32,000 bases of DNA. Origin: Acaryochloris marina MBIC11017. GTDB lineage: Bacteria > Cyanobacteriota > Cyanobacteriia > Thermosynechococcales > Thermosynechococcaceae. Shown here in pieces: positions 10,741-18,124 of the stretch (position 1 is its first letter; every line of letters begins with the position of its first letter). The position numbers were made by a program, and so were the translations under genes. The stretch covers positions 3,030,001 to 3,062,000 of the forward strand of contig NC_009925.1 of NCBI RefSeq assembly GCF_000018105.1, written 5' to 3'. The notes under the pieces were generated by a model. That model had not been told where the DNA came from. It ran no database searches and worked only from the letters and a program-made list of their open reading frames with translations.

Positions 10741-11967
10741 GTGAACCATCAGATTGACATTGCCATTATTGGGGCAGGTCCCCAGGCACTTACCCTTGTT
10801 ACCCATTTGCTGCAGAAAAAGCCTGCTCTTAAGAATCGCCTTCAGGTTTTTGACCCCAGCGGCACCTGGATGGTCCAGTGGCGGCAACAATTTGCAGCTC
10901 AGGAGATTCCCTATTTACGCTCACCCGGCGTTCATCACCCTGATGTGAAGGAAACTCTCTTCAACTTCGCGGACCATCGTCAGGAGGAGCTGTATTACCC
11001 TTACAATCGCCCTGGAACCCAACTGTTCCAAGATTTTTGTGAGACGGTCGTTGATCGGTGGAAATTACGCGATCAGGTGACTGCCGCTCAGGTGGTTCAA
11101 CTCACGCCCTTGGCAAAGAGATTTCAGCTGCAGCTGGATACGGGGGAACAGGTTGAGGCCCGGCGAGTGGTGTTGGCAACGGGTGGGGGAGCCGCCCAAG
11201 TCCCCGGTTGGACCGCCGAGGTGAATCCACATCCACCCGGACGGTTGTGTCATAGCCAGGACATTAAGCTGCCCAAGCTACCGGATCTGAACGATGAGAC
11301 GGTCCTAATTATTGGCAGTGGTCAATCCAGTGCTCATTTGGCCTTGGGGGCGATTAAGCGCGGAGCCAAGGTTTTGATGATGGCTCGACGGACCCTCAAC
11401 GAAAAACTGTTTGATGCAGAACCAGGATGGTTGGGGCCGAAGTATCTCAAGGGATTTCAGGCAGAACCCGATTGGCAGGTGCGTTGGCAAATGATCCAAG
11501 ACGCTCGCAATGGTGGATCTATTGCCCCTGAATTACTAACCCAGTTACGGCGGTTGTCCCAGTCCGGTCAAGTCACTTTTTATGAACAGTGCCAGGTGTC
11601 CCGTGCCCATTGGCAACAGGAAGCCTGGCAGGTGCAGTGTAATGTGGCCAAAACTCATGATTGTCTGGCCCATCAGCGGATTAAGCGGATCTGGTTAGCC
11701 ACGGGCACCACCACGGATATCACAGCTCATCCTTTGATGGGAGAGATATTGGAGCGATACCCTAATCAGATTGTCAATGGATTGCCAGTGCTCGATGAGC
11801 ATTTGCGCTGGCCTGGATGCGATCTGTTTTTGATGGGGCCATGGGCCGCATTGCACGTGGGTCCCGTCGCCCGGAATTTGCACGGTGGAAGAATGGCGTG
11901 CGATCGCATTGTTCCAGCCCTCACCAAAGCCAGTGTTGCCCGGACTGTGATTCATCCCCCCAGATAA
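10741..11967 (+). CDS. FAD/NAD(P)-binding oxidoreductase (two-dinucleotide-binding-domain flavoprotein)
   Basis: GTG start. First Rossmann motif is IAIIGAGPQA and the second is VLIIGSGQSSAH. 408 aa. Confidence 0.7.
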   Translation: MNHQIDIAIIGAGPQALTLVTHLLQKKPALKNRLQVFDPSGTWMVQWRQQFAAQEIPYLRSPGVHHPDVKETLFNFADHRQEELYYPYNRPGTQLFQDFCETVVDRWKLRDQVTAAQVVQLTPLAKRFQLQLDTGEQVEARRVVLATGGGAAQVPGWTAEVNPHPPGRLCHSQDIKLPKLPDLNDETVLIIGSGQSSAHLALGAIKRGAKVLMMARRTLNEKLFDAEPGWLGPKYLKGFQAEPDWQVRWQMIQDARNGGSIAPELLTQLRRLSQSGQVTFYEQCQVSRAHWQQEAWQVQCNVAKTHDCLAHQRIKRIWLATGTTTDITAHPLMGEILERYPNQIVNGLPVLDEHLRWPGCDLFLMGPWAALHVGPVARNLHGGRMACDRIVPALTKASVARTVIHPPR

Positions 11968-11985
11968 GCATCTTCGCTTATTCTT

Positions 11986-12492
11986 ATGGTTGATATCGCC
12001 CTTTCCCGGTCTCCCATTATGTCTGTTGATCCGTCTCTACCCCCTGCCCTTGCCAAAATCGTGAAGCGCTTTCAATCCATTACAGATACCAAGCGTCGGT
12101 ATGAATATTTACTGTGGTTTGCCAAGCAACTCCCGCCTTTTCCAGAGGCTGATAAGCAGCCTGACAATAAAGTCGTGGGTTGTGTATCTCAGGTTTATGT
12201 CACGGCAACGATAGAGAATGGCCTCGTTCATTTCCAAGGTGACTCGGACGCCCAAATGACCAAAGGGTTAGTGGGGTTACTGATTAAAGGGTTGGATGGG
12301 TTACCCCCAGAACAAATCGCTCGGGTCACACCTGACTTTATCCAACAAACCGGGCTCAATGTGAGCTTGACACCGTCTCGGGCCAATGGATTTTACAACA
12401 TCTTCACCACTCTGCAGCAGCTCGCCCTGACGCTCTCAGCTGCATCATCAGATTCTTTCCCCACTCAGCAATTGGAGGACACCGTTGACTAA
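11986..12492 (+). CDS. sufE: SufE-like sulfur acceptor protein
   Basis: KRRYEYLLWFAKQLP, the active-site VGCVSQVYV, GDSDAQMTKGL and LTPSRANGF match the SufE/CsdE family pattern. An alternative start is at 12019. Confidence 0.85.
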   Translation: MVDIALSRSPIMSVDPSLPPALAKIVKRFQSITDTKRRYEYLLWFAKQLPPFPEADKQPDNKVVGCVSQVYVTATIENGLVHFQGDSDAQMTKGLVGLLIKGLDGLPPEQIARVTPDFIQQTGLNVSLTPSRANGFYNIFTTLQQLALTLSAASSDSFPTQQLEDTVD

Positions 12493-13603
12493 TTCAACTG
12501 CAAACGTTCAGACATCCCAATCCCTGGATATCAATCTGCCCAAAAAAGGCATGCCCGTGACGATTATTACGGGGTTCTTGGGGAGTGGCAAAACCACGCT
12601 CCTCAACCATATTCTCAATACCAGCCAAGACCTCAAGGTGGCTGTACTGGTCAATGAGTTTGGTGATATTGATATTGACAGTCAGTTACTGACCACCATT
12701 GATCAAGATATGGTGCAGCTGACCAATGGCTGCATCTGCTGCACGATCAATGACGACCTGGTGGAGGCGGTCTATTCCGTCCTAGAACGTGAGGAAAAAA
12801 TTGATCATGTCGTTATCGAAACCACGGGGGTGGCTGATCCGCTACCGATTATTCTCACCTTTGTCAGCTCTCAACTGAAAGACGTAACGACGTTAGATTC
12901 CATTATTACCTTGGTAGATTCAGAAACCTTTACCCCTGAATGTTTTCAGAGTGAGGCGGCCCTAAATCAAATTACCTTTGGCGATATTGTCGTTCTCAAC
13001 AAAACCGACCTGACCACCGATCAAAAGGTAGAAGAACTAGAGGAGTGGATTCGTGAACGCAAATGGGGTGCACGGCTCTTGCGATCGCAACAAGGTCAGG
13101 TCCCTCTGCCACTAATTCTGGATACTGCTCTCTTTGATCCAAAGGCTTATGAAGCGGAAGCCAAAGCCTTTGCAGAGGAGGAGGCTCATCACGATCATGA
13201 CGATCACCATCACCACGATCATGACCACCATGATCATGGCCACCACCATCACGGAGATCATGATCATCATCACCATGACGATCATGATCATCACCACCAT
13301 CATTCGGATCATCTCACCGTCGACGGCTTCTCATCTATGGTCTTTGAAAGCGATCGGCCCTTTATCCTAGAAAAAATGCAGGCTTTCGTGACCGATCATC
13401 TACCAGAAGAAGTCTTTCGAGCCAAAGGTTTTATGTGGTTTGAGAAAAATACATCCCGCTATATTTTTCAGCTCAGTGGCAAGCGCTATACAATGGATGC
13501 TGATCAGTGGCCGGATGCCCCAAAAAATCAGTTAGTCTTTATTGGCCGCAACATTGACAAAGCACAGCTTAACCAACTGCTAACGGATTGTTTAGCTCCC
13601 TAA
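12485..13603 (+). CDS. COG0523 (CobW/ZigA/Zng1-type) metallochaperone GTPase with a His/Asp-rich insert
   Basis: P-loop GFLGSGKTTLLN, the metal-binding CICCT motif, NKTDL, and a 42-residue His/Asp tract. The TTG start overlaps the sufE-like stop by 8 nt. An alternative ATG start at 12548 gives MPVTIITG. Confidence 0.9.
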   Translation: MTNSTANVQTSQSLDINLPKKGMPVTIITGFLGSGKTTLLNHILNTSQDLKVAVLVNEFGDIDIDSQLLTTIDQDMVQLTNGCICCTINDDLVEAVYSVLEREEKIDHVVIETTGVADPLPIILTFVSSQLKDVTTLDSIITLVDSETFTPECFQSEAALNQITFGDIVVLNKTDLTTDQKVEELEEWIRERKWGARLLRSQQGQVPLPLILDTALFDPKAYEAEAKAFAEEEAHHDHDDHHHHDHDHHDHGHHHHGDHDHHHHDDHDHHHHHSDHLTVDGFSSMVFESDRPFILEKMQAFVTDHLPEEVFRAKGFMWFEKNTSRYIFQLSGKRYTMDADQWPDAPKNQLVFIGRNIDKAQLNQLLTDCLAP

Positions 13604-13613
13604 CACACCACAA

Positions 13614-14132
13614 TCACAAAATCCGCTCCATCAGAACGCTCGGTATGCTGTGACCCAAGACCAGCGGAACGTCGAGTCGCCGCACTGATCTAAAACCCAA
13701 AGCAGCATAGAACCCTTCTGCATTCAAACTTGAGTAACATTCAAGCCGTTTGATGCCTACCGCTCGCGCAGCCCGTTCGCAAACCGTATAAATTGATCGA
13801 CCAACGGACTGCCCCATCCATGCGGGGTGAGTGGCAAAATGGCGAATATGGCCCAGTTCAACTTCAATCTGCCGAGTACCCGGTCGCTCCCGCGTCCAGC
13901 CGCCACAGCCGATCACATCCTTGTGCTGGGTTTCCGCAAGATAGAATGTGCCTGACGCCAGTAAGGTTGGGTTGGCCTGGGTGATGAGTGGGAGTAATGC
14001 TGACAGCACAGTGGGGGAATACGCCGAACGCATCAAGACAGGATATGACACCTTTAGCAAAGTCGTAACGGATGGCTGATCCGCAGCGACAGTAGTCCGA
14101 ACAGTAAATTTTTCTAACGTATCAGGGCCCAT
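13614..14132 (-). CDS. GNAT family N-acetyltransferase
   Basis: The ORF track gives 13614..14327, but that N-terminus overlaps the upstream gene. The ATG at 14132 has GGAGGA about 10 nt upstream. The core (IRHFATHPAWMGQSVGRSIYTVCERAARAVG, LNAEGFYAALGF) is GNAT-like. Confidence 0.7.
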   Translation of the reverse strand: MGPDTLEKFTVRTTVAADQPSVTTLLKVSYPVLMRSAYSPTVLSALLPLITQANPTLLASGTFYLAETQHKDVIGCGGWTRERPGTRQIEVELGHIRHFATHPAWMGQSVGRSIYTVCERAARAVGIKRLECYSSLNAEGFYAALGFRSVRRLDVPLVLGHSIPSVLMERIL

Positions 14133-14184
14133 TTTTCTCCATCCTCCGAGATCATCATTCGGCATTCGAGAAAGTTTCAGAAAC

Positions 14185-14751
14185 TTATGAAAGACCCATC
14201 GCAGAGCGCGTGGCAAAGATGATAATACCAACCCCAAGCAGCATGATGGCAACTGCAGTGCTGAACTGCTTGGACAGAGTAAAGGAGTGGTTGCCAGCTT
14301 GAGGGCTAGCAGTCGATAGCCCGCCACCGCGCCGTAATCCTTGCAGGGAAACGAGCATTAAGGGCAATGAAATAAGAGTCCCAAGGACTTCAATCACGAA
14401 TAAAGCTAGAGGCATTGCATCAGGAGACACCGGGAACAGGCGACCTAAGTCCAGCACATACACCAGGAAGTAAGACAGACCAGCAAAAGCCGAAGCTGAA
14501 TAAGCCCAACGCTGACGTTGCCAGGTAAAGTTAATCAACAACAGACTCACAAGACTTAGAGAAGTTAGAAAGGTATTGAAGCCCCCTAAAACGACGGGAT
14601 TGATGTGGGAAAAGCTGCGGGTCTCAATGAGTCCTCCTGGCACCAAGCTAGTGAGTAAAACCGATGAAAGAGCGAGTAGAGCAGGAGCACCATACTGGAT
14701 TACTTTTGGGAAGTGAGCAGGCTGGTGGTTAGACGAAATGATAGTAGTCAT
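14185..14751 (-). CDS. integral membrane protein (about 5 TM), unknown function
   Basis: Hydrophobic ORF. I prefer the ATG at 14751 because GAGGA lies 7 nt upstream. The track ORF extends to 14796. Confidence 0.55.
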   Translation of the reverse strand: MTTIISSNHQPAHFPKVIQYGAPALLALSSVLLTSLVPGGLIETRSFSHINPVVLGGFNTFLTSLSLVSLLLINFTWQRQRWAYSASAFAGLSYFLVYVLDLGRLFPVSPDAMPLALFVIEVLGTLISLPLMLVSLQGLRRGGGLSTASPQAGNHSFTLSKQFSTAVAIMLLGVGIIIFATRSAMGLS

Positions 14752-14808
14752 GATGATATCCTCATACTTTAGGTAAAAAGAACTCGAAATCGACAAAAAG
14801 CAAGTGAC

Positions 14809-15441
14809 CTACAGCTTTTCACCAGGGCGATAGGGTGTTTCATGAAGTAGGTGGCTAACCAATAGTTTCAGAAAAAGCAGGGGCAAGAACCACTCCAAAC
14901 CAGAAGTAGCTGCGAAACAGTAGCGATCGCCTAGTAGCGCTACAGCATAAAGCCCCAGAGCAATAGGCCGCTGGAGATAAAGCGGGCAGCCCAAGATCAA
15001 CGCCGATGCCCCCAGCAGATAGCCAGAGACACCGACAAAGAAAGGCCAATCACCCCCCCGAAACAGCAGCGCAACAAGACCAATATGGACCAAGTGCAGA
15101 GCCACAAAACCCATATGCTGTTGCCATCCCTGGCTGGGTCGGTGATACCAACGCTTAGCAGCAGCAGTCGCGTTCGTCAGAACACCTCCAACAAAGTCGA
15201 CACCTAAGACCGAAATAAGTCCCAGTTGTAGTGGTGTCCATGCAATCGACAATGCCATTGCGTAAGCCGGAGCCGCGATCGCTGCTAACAAGGCAGGTAC
15301 AAACTGAAGAATCATCTCAACAACAGTCGCACTGGGACCAATGAAGCGATCCAATTGCCCCCTGAGACCAGGGCGGGGCATTGGACTAGACCAGCATTCT
15401 TGGGGCTCAAATTGTATTGAGGCTTGAATTGGATCTTTCAT
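14809..15441 (-). CDS. integral membrane protein, unknown function
   Basis: 210-aa multi-TM ORF. It is the first gene of a minus-strand string that runs divergently from the TetR gene. Confidence 0.55.
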   Translation of the reverse strand: MKDPIQASIQFEPQECWSSPMPRPGLRGQLDRFIGPSATVVEMILQFVPALLAAIAAPAYAMALSIAWTPLQLGLISVLGVDFVGGVLTNATAAAKRWYHRPSQGWQQHMGFVALHLVHIGLVALLFRGGDWPFFVGVSGYLLGASALILGCPLYLQRPIALGLYAVALLGDRYCFAATSGLEWFLPLLFLKLLVSHLLHETPYRPGEKL

Positions 15442-15450
15442 ATTCGTAGC

Positions 15451-15493
15451 ATCATAACAGTTGTTATGTAATCAACATAATGACTGTTATGAT
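15451..15493. promoter_or_regulatory. probable TetR operator (nested palindromes)
   Basis: ATCATAACAGT (15451-15461) and ACTGTTATGAT (15483-15493) form a perfect 11-bp inverted repeat. Inside it, CATAACAgtTGTTATG (15453-15468) and CATAATGacTGTTATG (15476-15491) look like two tandem operators. Confidence 0.55.
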
Positions 15494-15533
15494 ATTTGTC
15501 AATCGAGTTTGTACTTCGTTGTAGTTAACGTTT

Positions 15534-16121
15534 ATGTCTCAGCAAGACCGGCGTCTTGAAGTCTCTGAAGCTGCCTGGCGTGTCATCGTCAGGGAGGGGT
15601 TAGACCGTGCCAGTATGCGTGCGATCGCACAGGAAATGAATTGCACGACAGGGGTCGTCACCCATTATTTCCGAAATAAGCAGGAGCTAATTCTGTTTGC
15701 CTTGCATCAGGTCACAGAACGCTTGAAAGTGAGGATGCAGGTGGCAATTGAGAATGTCGCGGGAATTGATCGATTGGCAACAATGCTATTGTCCTTTCTG
15801 CCACTAGACCAAGAACGGCAAGAAATCCTCCGGGTATGGGTTGCTTTTTTAGGCTACGCCGTTGGCCGTGATGGTTTGATGGAAGAGCATCGACAGAGTG
15901 CCGCAGAACTGCGGGCAGTCATCATTCAGGAGTTGCAAGCTCTCCAATCCAAGGGGCTTATTCAGGCAGATCTCGTGCCTCAAGTGGAGGCCAATGCCCT
16001 ACTTGCCCTTGTCAATGGCATTGGTATAGATACCTTGATTCAGGCTGACCATCTAGGTCCTGGTCAGCAAGAGGCAATCATTCATCGGTACATCGCAGGT
16101 ATGGTGACAGGTCAGTGTTGA
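15534..16121 (+). CDS. TetR/AcrR family transcriptional regulator
   Basis: N-terminal HTH: ASMRAIAQEMNCTTGVVTHYFRNKQEL. 195 aa. Confidence 0.85.
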   Translation: MSQQDRRLEVSEAAWRVIVREGLDRASMRAIAQEMNCTTGVVTHYFRNKQELILFALHQVTERLKVRMQVAIENVAGIDRLATMLLSFLPLDQERQEILRVWVAFLGYAVGRDGLMEEHRQSAAELRAVIIQELQALQSKGLIQADLVPQVEANALLALVNGIGIDTLIQADHLGPGQQEAIIHRYIAGMVTGQC

Positions 16122-16230
16122 AGATGATTTAAATTGAACGGACAGAGATCCCTCAATTGATCTTCGATATCTCAGCAAGCCAAGCGAATGAAATCCTGAA
16201 AGCATAGATACACCGCCTATATGACGGCAA

Positions 16231-16848
16231 TTAGACTTGTTGCATCTGTCGCCAAGATTGCGACAACACTTTTGCTGCAGACTGGGTAAAAACGACTGTT
16301 AGCAGCAACCCCACCGCTAAATCCGGCAGGATAGACTGAGTCAGGGAGACCAATCCTGCTGCCGCTAACACAGAGGTATTGGCGATAATGTCGTTGCGAG
16401 AACATAACCACACTGAAGACATATTCAGGTTATCTTGCCGATGTCGGGTGAGGAGTTGGAGACAGAACAAATTTGCAAGCAAAGCGATAATGCCCACTAG
16501 GCCCATGGTTGAAGCTTCTGGACTCGCACCGGTAAACAGTTGATAGCTGGCTCTAGCAAAAACACCAATCGCCAACAAGAACATAATCAAACCCTTAAGA
16601 AAAGCGGCTCCTGCTTGGGCTTTAACGCTCTTATTGAGGACATACAAACTGCTGGCATAGACCAAGGCATCCCCCAGCATATCCAACGAATCCCCAGTGA
16701 GGGAGAGAGATTCTGCCCGAATCCCTGCCCCAAATTCAACGAAAAACATTAGAAGGTTGATCAGCAGAACGGCCCAAAGCACTTTTGCCTGCTGCTTTCT
16801 CAGCTTTGACAATTCCTTGGCTTTGGCTTGGCAGCAATGATCACCCAT
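16231..16848 (-). CDS. cation diffusion facilitator (CDF) family divalent-metal exporter, short form
   Basis: Six-TM pattern with SLSLTGDSLDMLGDAL (the TM2 D/H metal-site region) and a CC pair at the N-terminus (MGDHCCQ). I prefer the ATG at 16848 because GGAG lies 7 nt upstream. No long cytoplasmic C-terminal domain is present. Confidence 0.75.
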   Translation of the reverse strand: MGDHCCQAKAKELSKLRKQQAKVLWAVLLINLLMFFVEFGAGIRAESLSLTGDSLDMLGDALVYASSLYVLNKSVKAQAGAAFLKGLIMFLLAIGVFARASYQLFTGASPEASTMGLVGIIALLANLFCLQLLTRHRQDNLNMSSVWLCSRNDIIANTSVLAAAGLVSLTQSILPDLAVGLLLTVVFTQSAAKVLSQSWRQMQQV

Positions 16849-16933
16849 AGTGGCTCTCCACATTCAAACATTCAAAGCAGTATTAGAACGTTACCGCACC
16901 CAATTCAAACATTCAAGCCAACATTAGAATGAC

Positions 16934-17299
16934 TTATTCAACCAGTTGGTTCAGTGTATGGTGGAGAATCTCAGCGACGCGCTGATCCTTGAGAGAGTAG
17001 TACGCTAATTTGCCATCATTGCGATACTTCAGAATTTGGAGATCCCGTAGCTTTCGTAAGTGGTGGGATGCCGTTGCGATCTTCATCCCCAGCAAAGACG
17101 CAACATCACAAACACAGAGTTCAGTTCCTTCACTCAGGGCATACAAAATCTTTAATCGGGACCGATCCGCTAACGCACTGAACAGCACTTGAGCCTCCAC
17201 CAGCAGATCTTCTCCCGGCAGTGCTTCATTCGCTTGGGTGACCAAGTCTTGGTTAAAACAACGGACTTGGCAAATATCTGTGGGCTTAGTCTGGGTCAC
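16934..17299 (-). CDS. ArsR/SmtB family metal-sensing repressor
   Basis: ELCVCDVASLLGMKIATASHHLRKLRDLQILKYRNDGKLAYYSL is the classical ArsR wHTH with the CVC (alpha3) motif. N-terminal cysteines occur in DICQVRC. GTG start. Confidence 0.88.
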   Translation of the reverse strand: MTQTKPTDICQVRCFNQDLVTQANEALPGEDLLVEAQVLFSALADRSRLKILYALSEGTELCVCDVASLLGMKIATASHHLRKLRDLQILKYRNDGKLAYYSLKDQRVAEILHHTLNQLVE

Positions 17300-17568
17300 A
17301 AATTTGAAGGGTTACACCTTACCTGCTCTTAGATTTTAACGACCAACTGTTGAGGCGTTGTACCCAATGCTGCTATCTAAAAGGATGAAATCGCAGATAC
17401 CTCTATCCAGGGCACATTCAGGTTTAAGTTCAGGTACCCTCGCTGAGGAACGGGTTAGGAGATAAACCAGTCTAATCAAAGGTCTGGATTTTTGTGATCC
17501 AGAACTACTCGTCAATGAAATGGTTCGATGTGTCAGATTAGTGATGTAACCAAAGTTTTGGTGACGAT

Positions 17569-18060
17569 ATGGCCAGCACCCAACTCCCTAGCTCTGAAAA
17601 ATCTGGTGAGCGCAATCACCTATCTAACGAATATCTCTATGAAACTGATTTCGTTAAATGGATCGATAAAACGGCTGAGCTACTGAAGCAAGGTAAATTT
17701 AGTGAGCTAGATCTTGAGAATTTAATTGAAGAGGTTGAGAGCTTGGGACGCCACGAAAAGAATGCATTGAGAAGTAATCTCCGTGTTCTTTTAATGCATC
17801 TACTCAAGTGGCAGTACCAACCCAGTAAACGGAGTAATAGCTGGCGCGGGACTATCATTGAGCATCGGATTCGCATACAGGACACCCTAGAAGACAGTCC
17901 CAGCCTTAAGAACTTCTATCCACAGATTTTTGATAAAACCTACCAACAGGCTCGTAACAAAGCAGCAGAAGAAACAGGACTTCCTCTAGAAACCTTTCCT
18001 GTGGAGTCCCCCTACACGTCAGAGCAAATGCTTGATGCTGAGTTTCTACCCGAAGAGTAG
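17569..18060 (+). CDS. DUF29 domain protein
   Basis: YETDFVKWIDKTAELLKQGKFSELDLENLIEEVESLGRHEKNALRSNLRVLLMHLLKWQYQP is the characteristic cyanobacterial DUF29 signature. Confidence 0.8.
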   Translation: MASTQLPSSEKSGERNHLSNEYLYETDFVKWIDKTAELLKQGKFSELDLENLIEEVESLGRHEKNALRSNLRVLLMHLLKWQYQPSKRSNSWRGTIIEHRIRIQDTLEDSPSLKNFYPQIFDKTYQQARNKAAEETGLPLETFPVESPYTSEQMLDAEFLPEE

Positions 18061-18124
18061 CAACTGCATTCTATAGTCTCGTCAGTTAACGTTCAGGAAA
18101 CGCTGCATCTGTCATCTAACGGAT

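Noticed and set aside
13112-13370. ORFs 13112-13312 (-) and 13134-13370 (+), which translate to Met/Ile/Val/Thr-rich low-complexity peptides.
   Set aside because: They are alternative-frame or antisense readings of the CAY/GAY His-Asp tract of the COG0523 gene. This is a low-complexity artefact.
14133-14327. N-terminal 65 codons of the track ORF 13614-14327 (GNAT).
   Set aside because: This extension overlaps the 3' end of the upstream membrane-protein gene (which ends at 14185) in another frame. The GNAT fold starts after the ATG at 14132, which has a GGAGGA RBS.
16964-16981. Near-palindrome TTCAACCAGTTGGTTCA at the 3' end of the ArsR-family gene, considered as a possible operator.
   Set aside because: It lies inside the coding sequence and is imperfect. 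The ATTCAA-rich direct repeats in the intergenic gap are better operator candidates.
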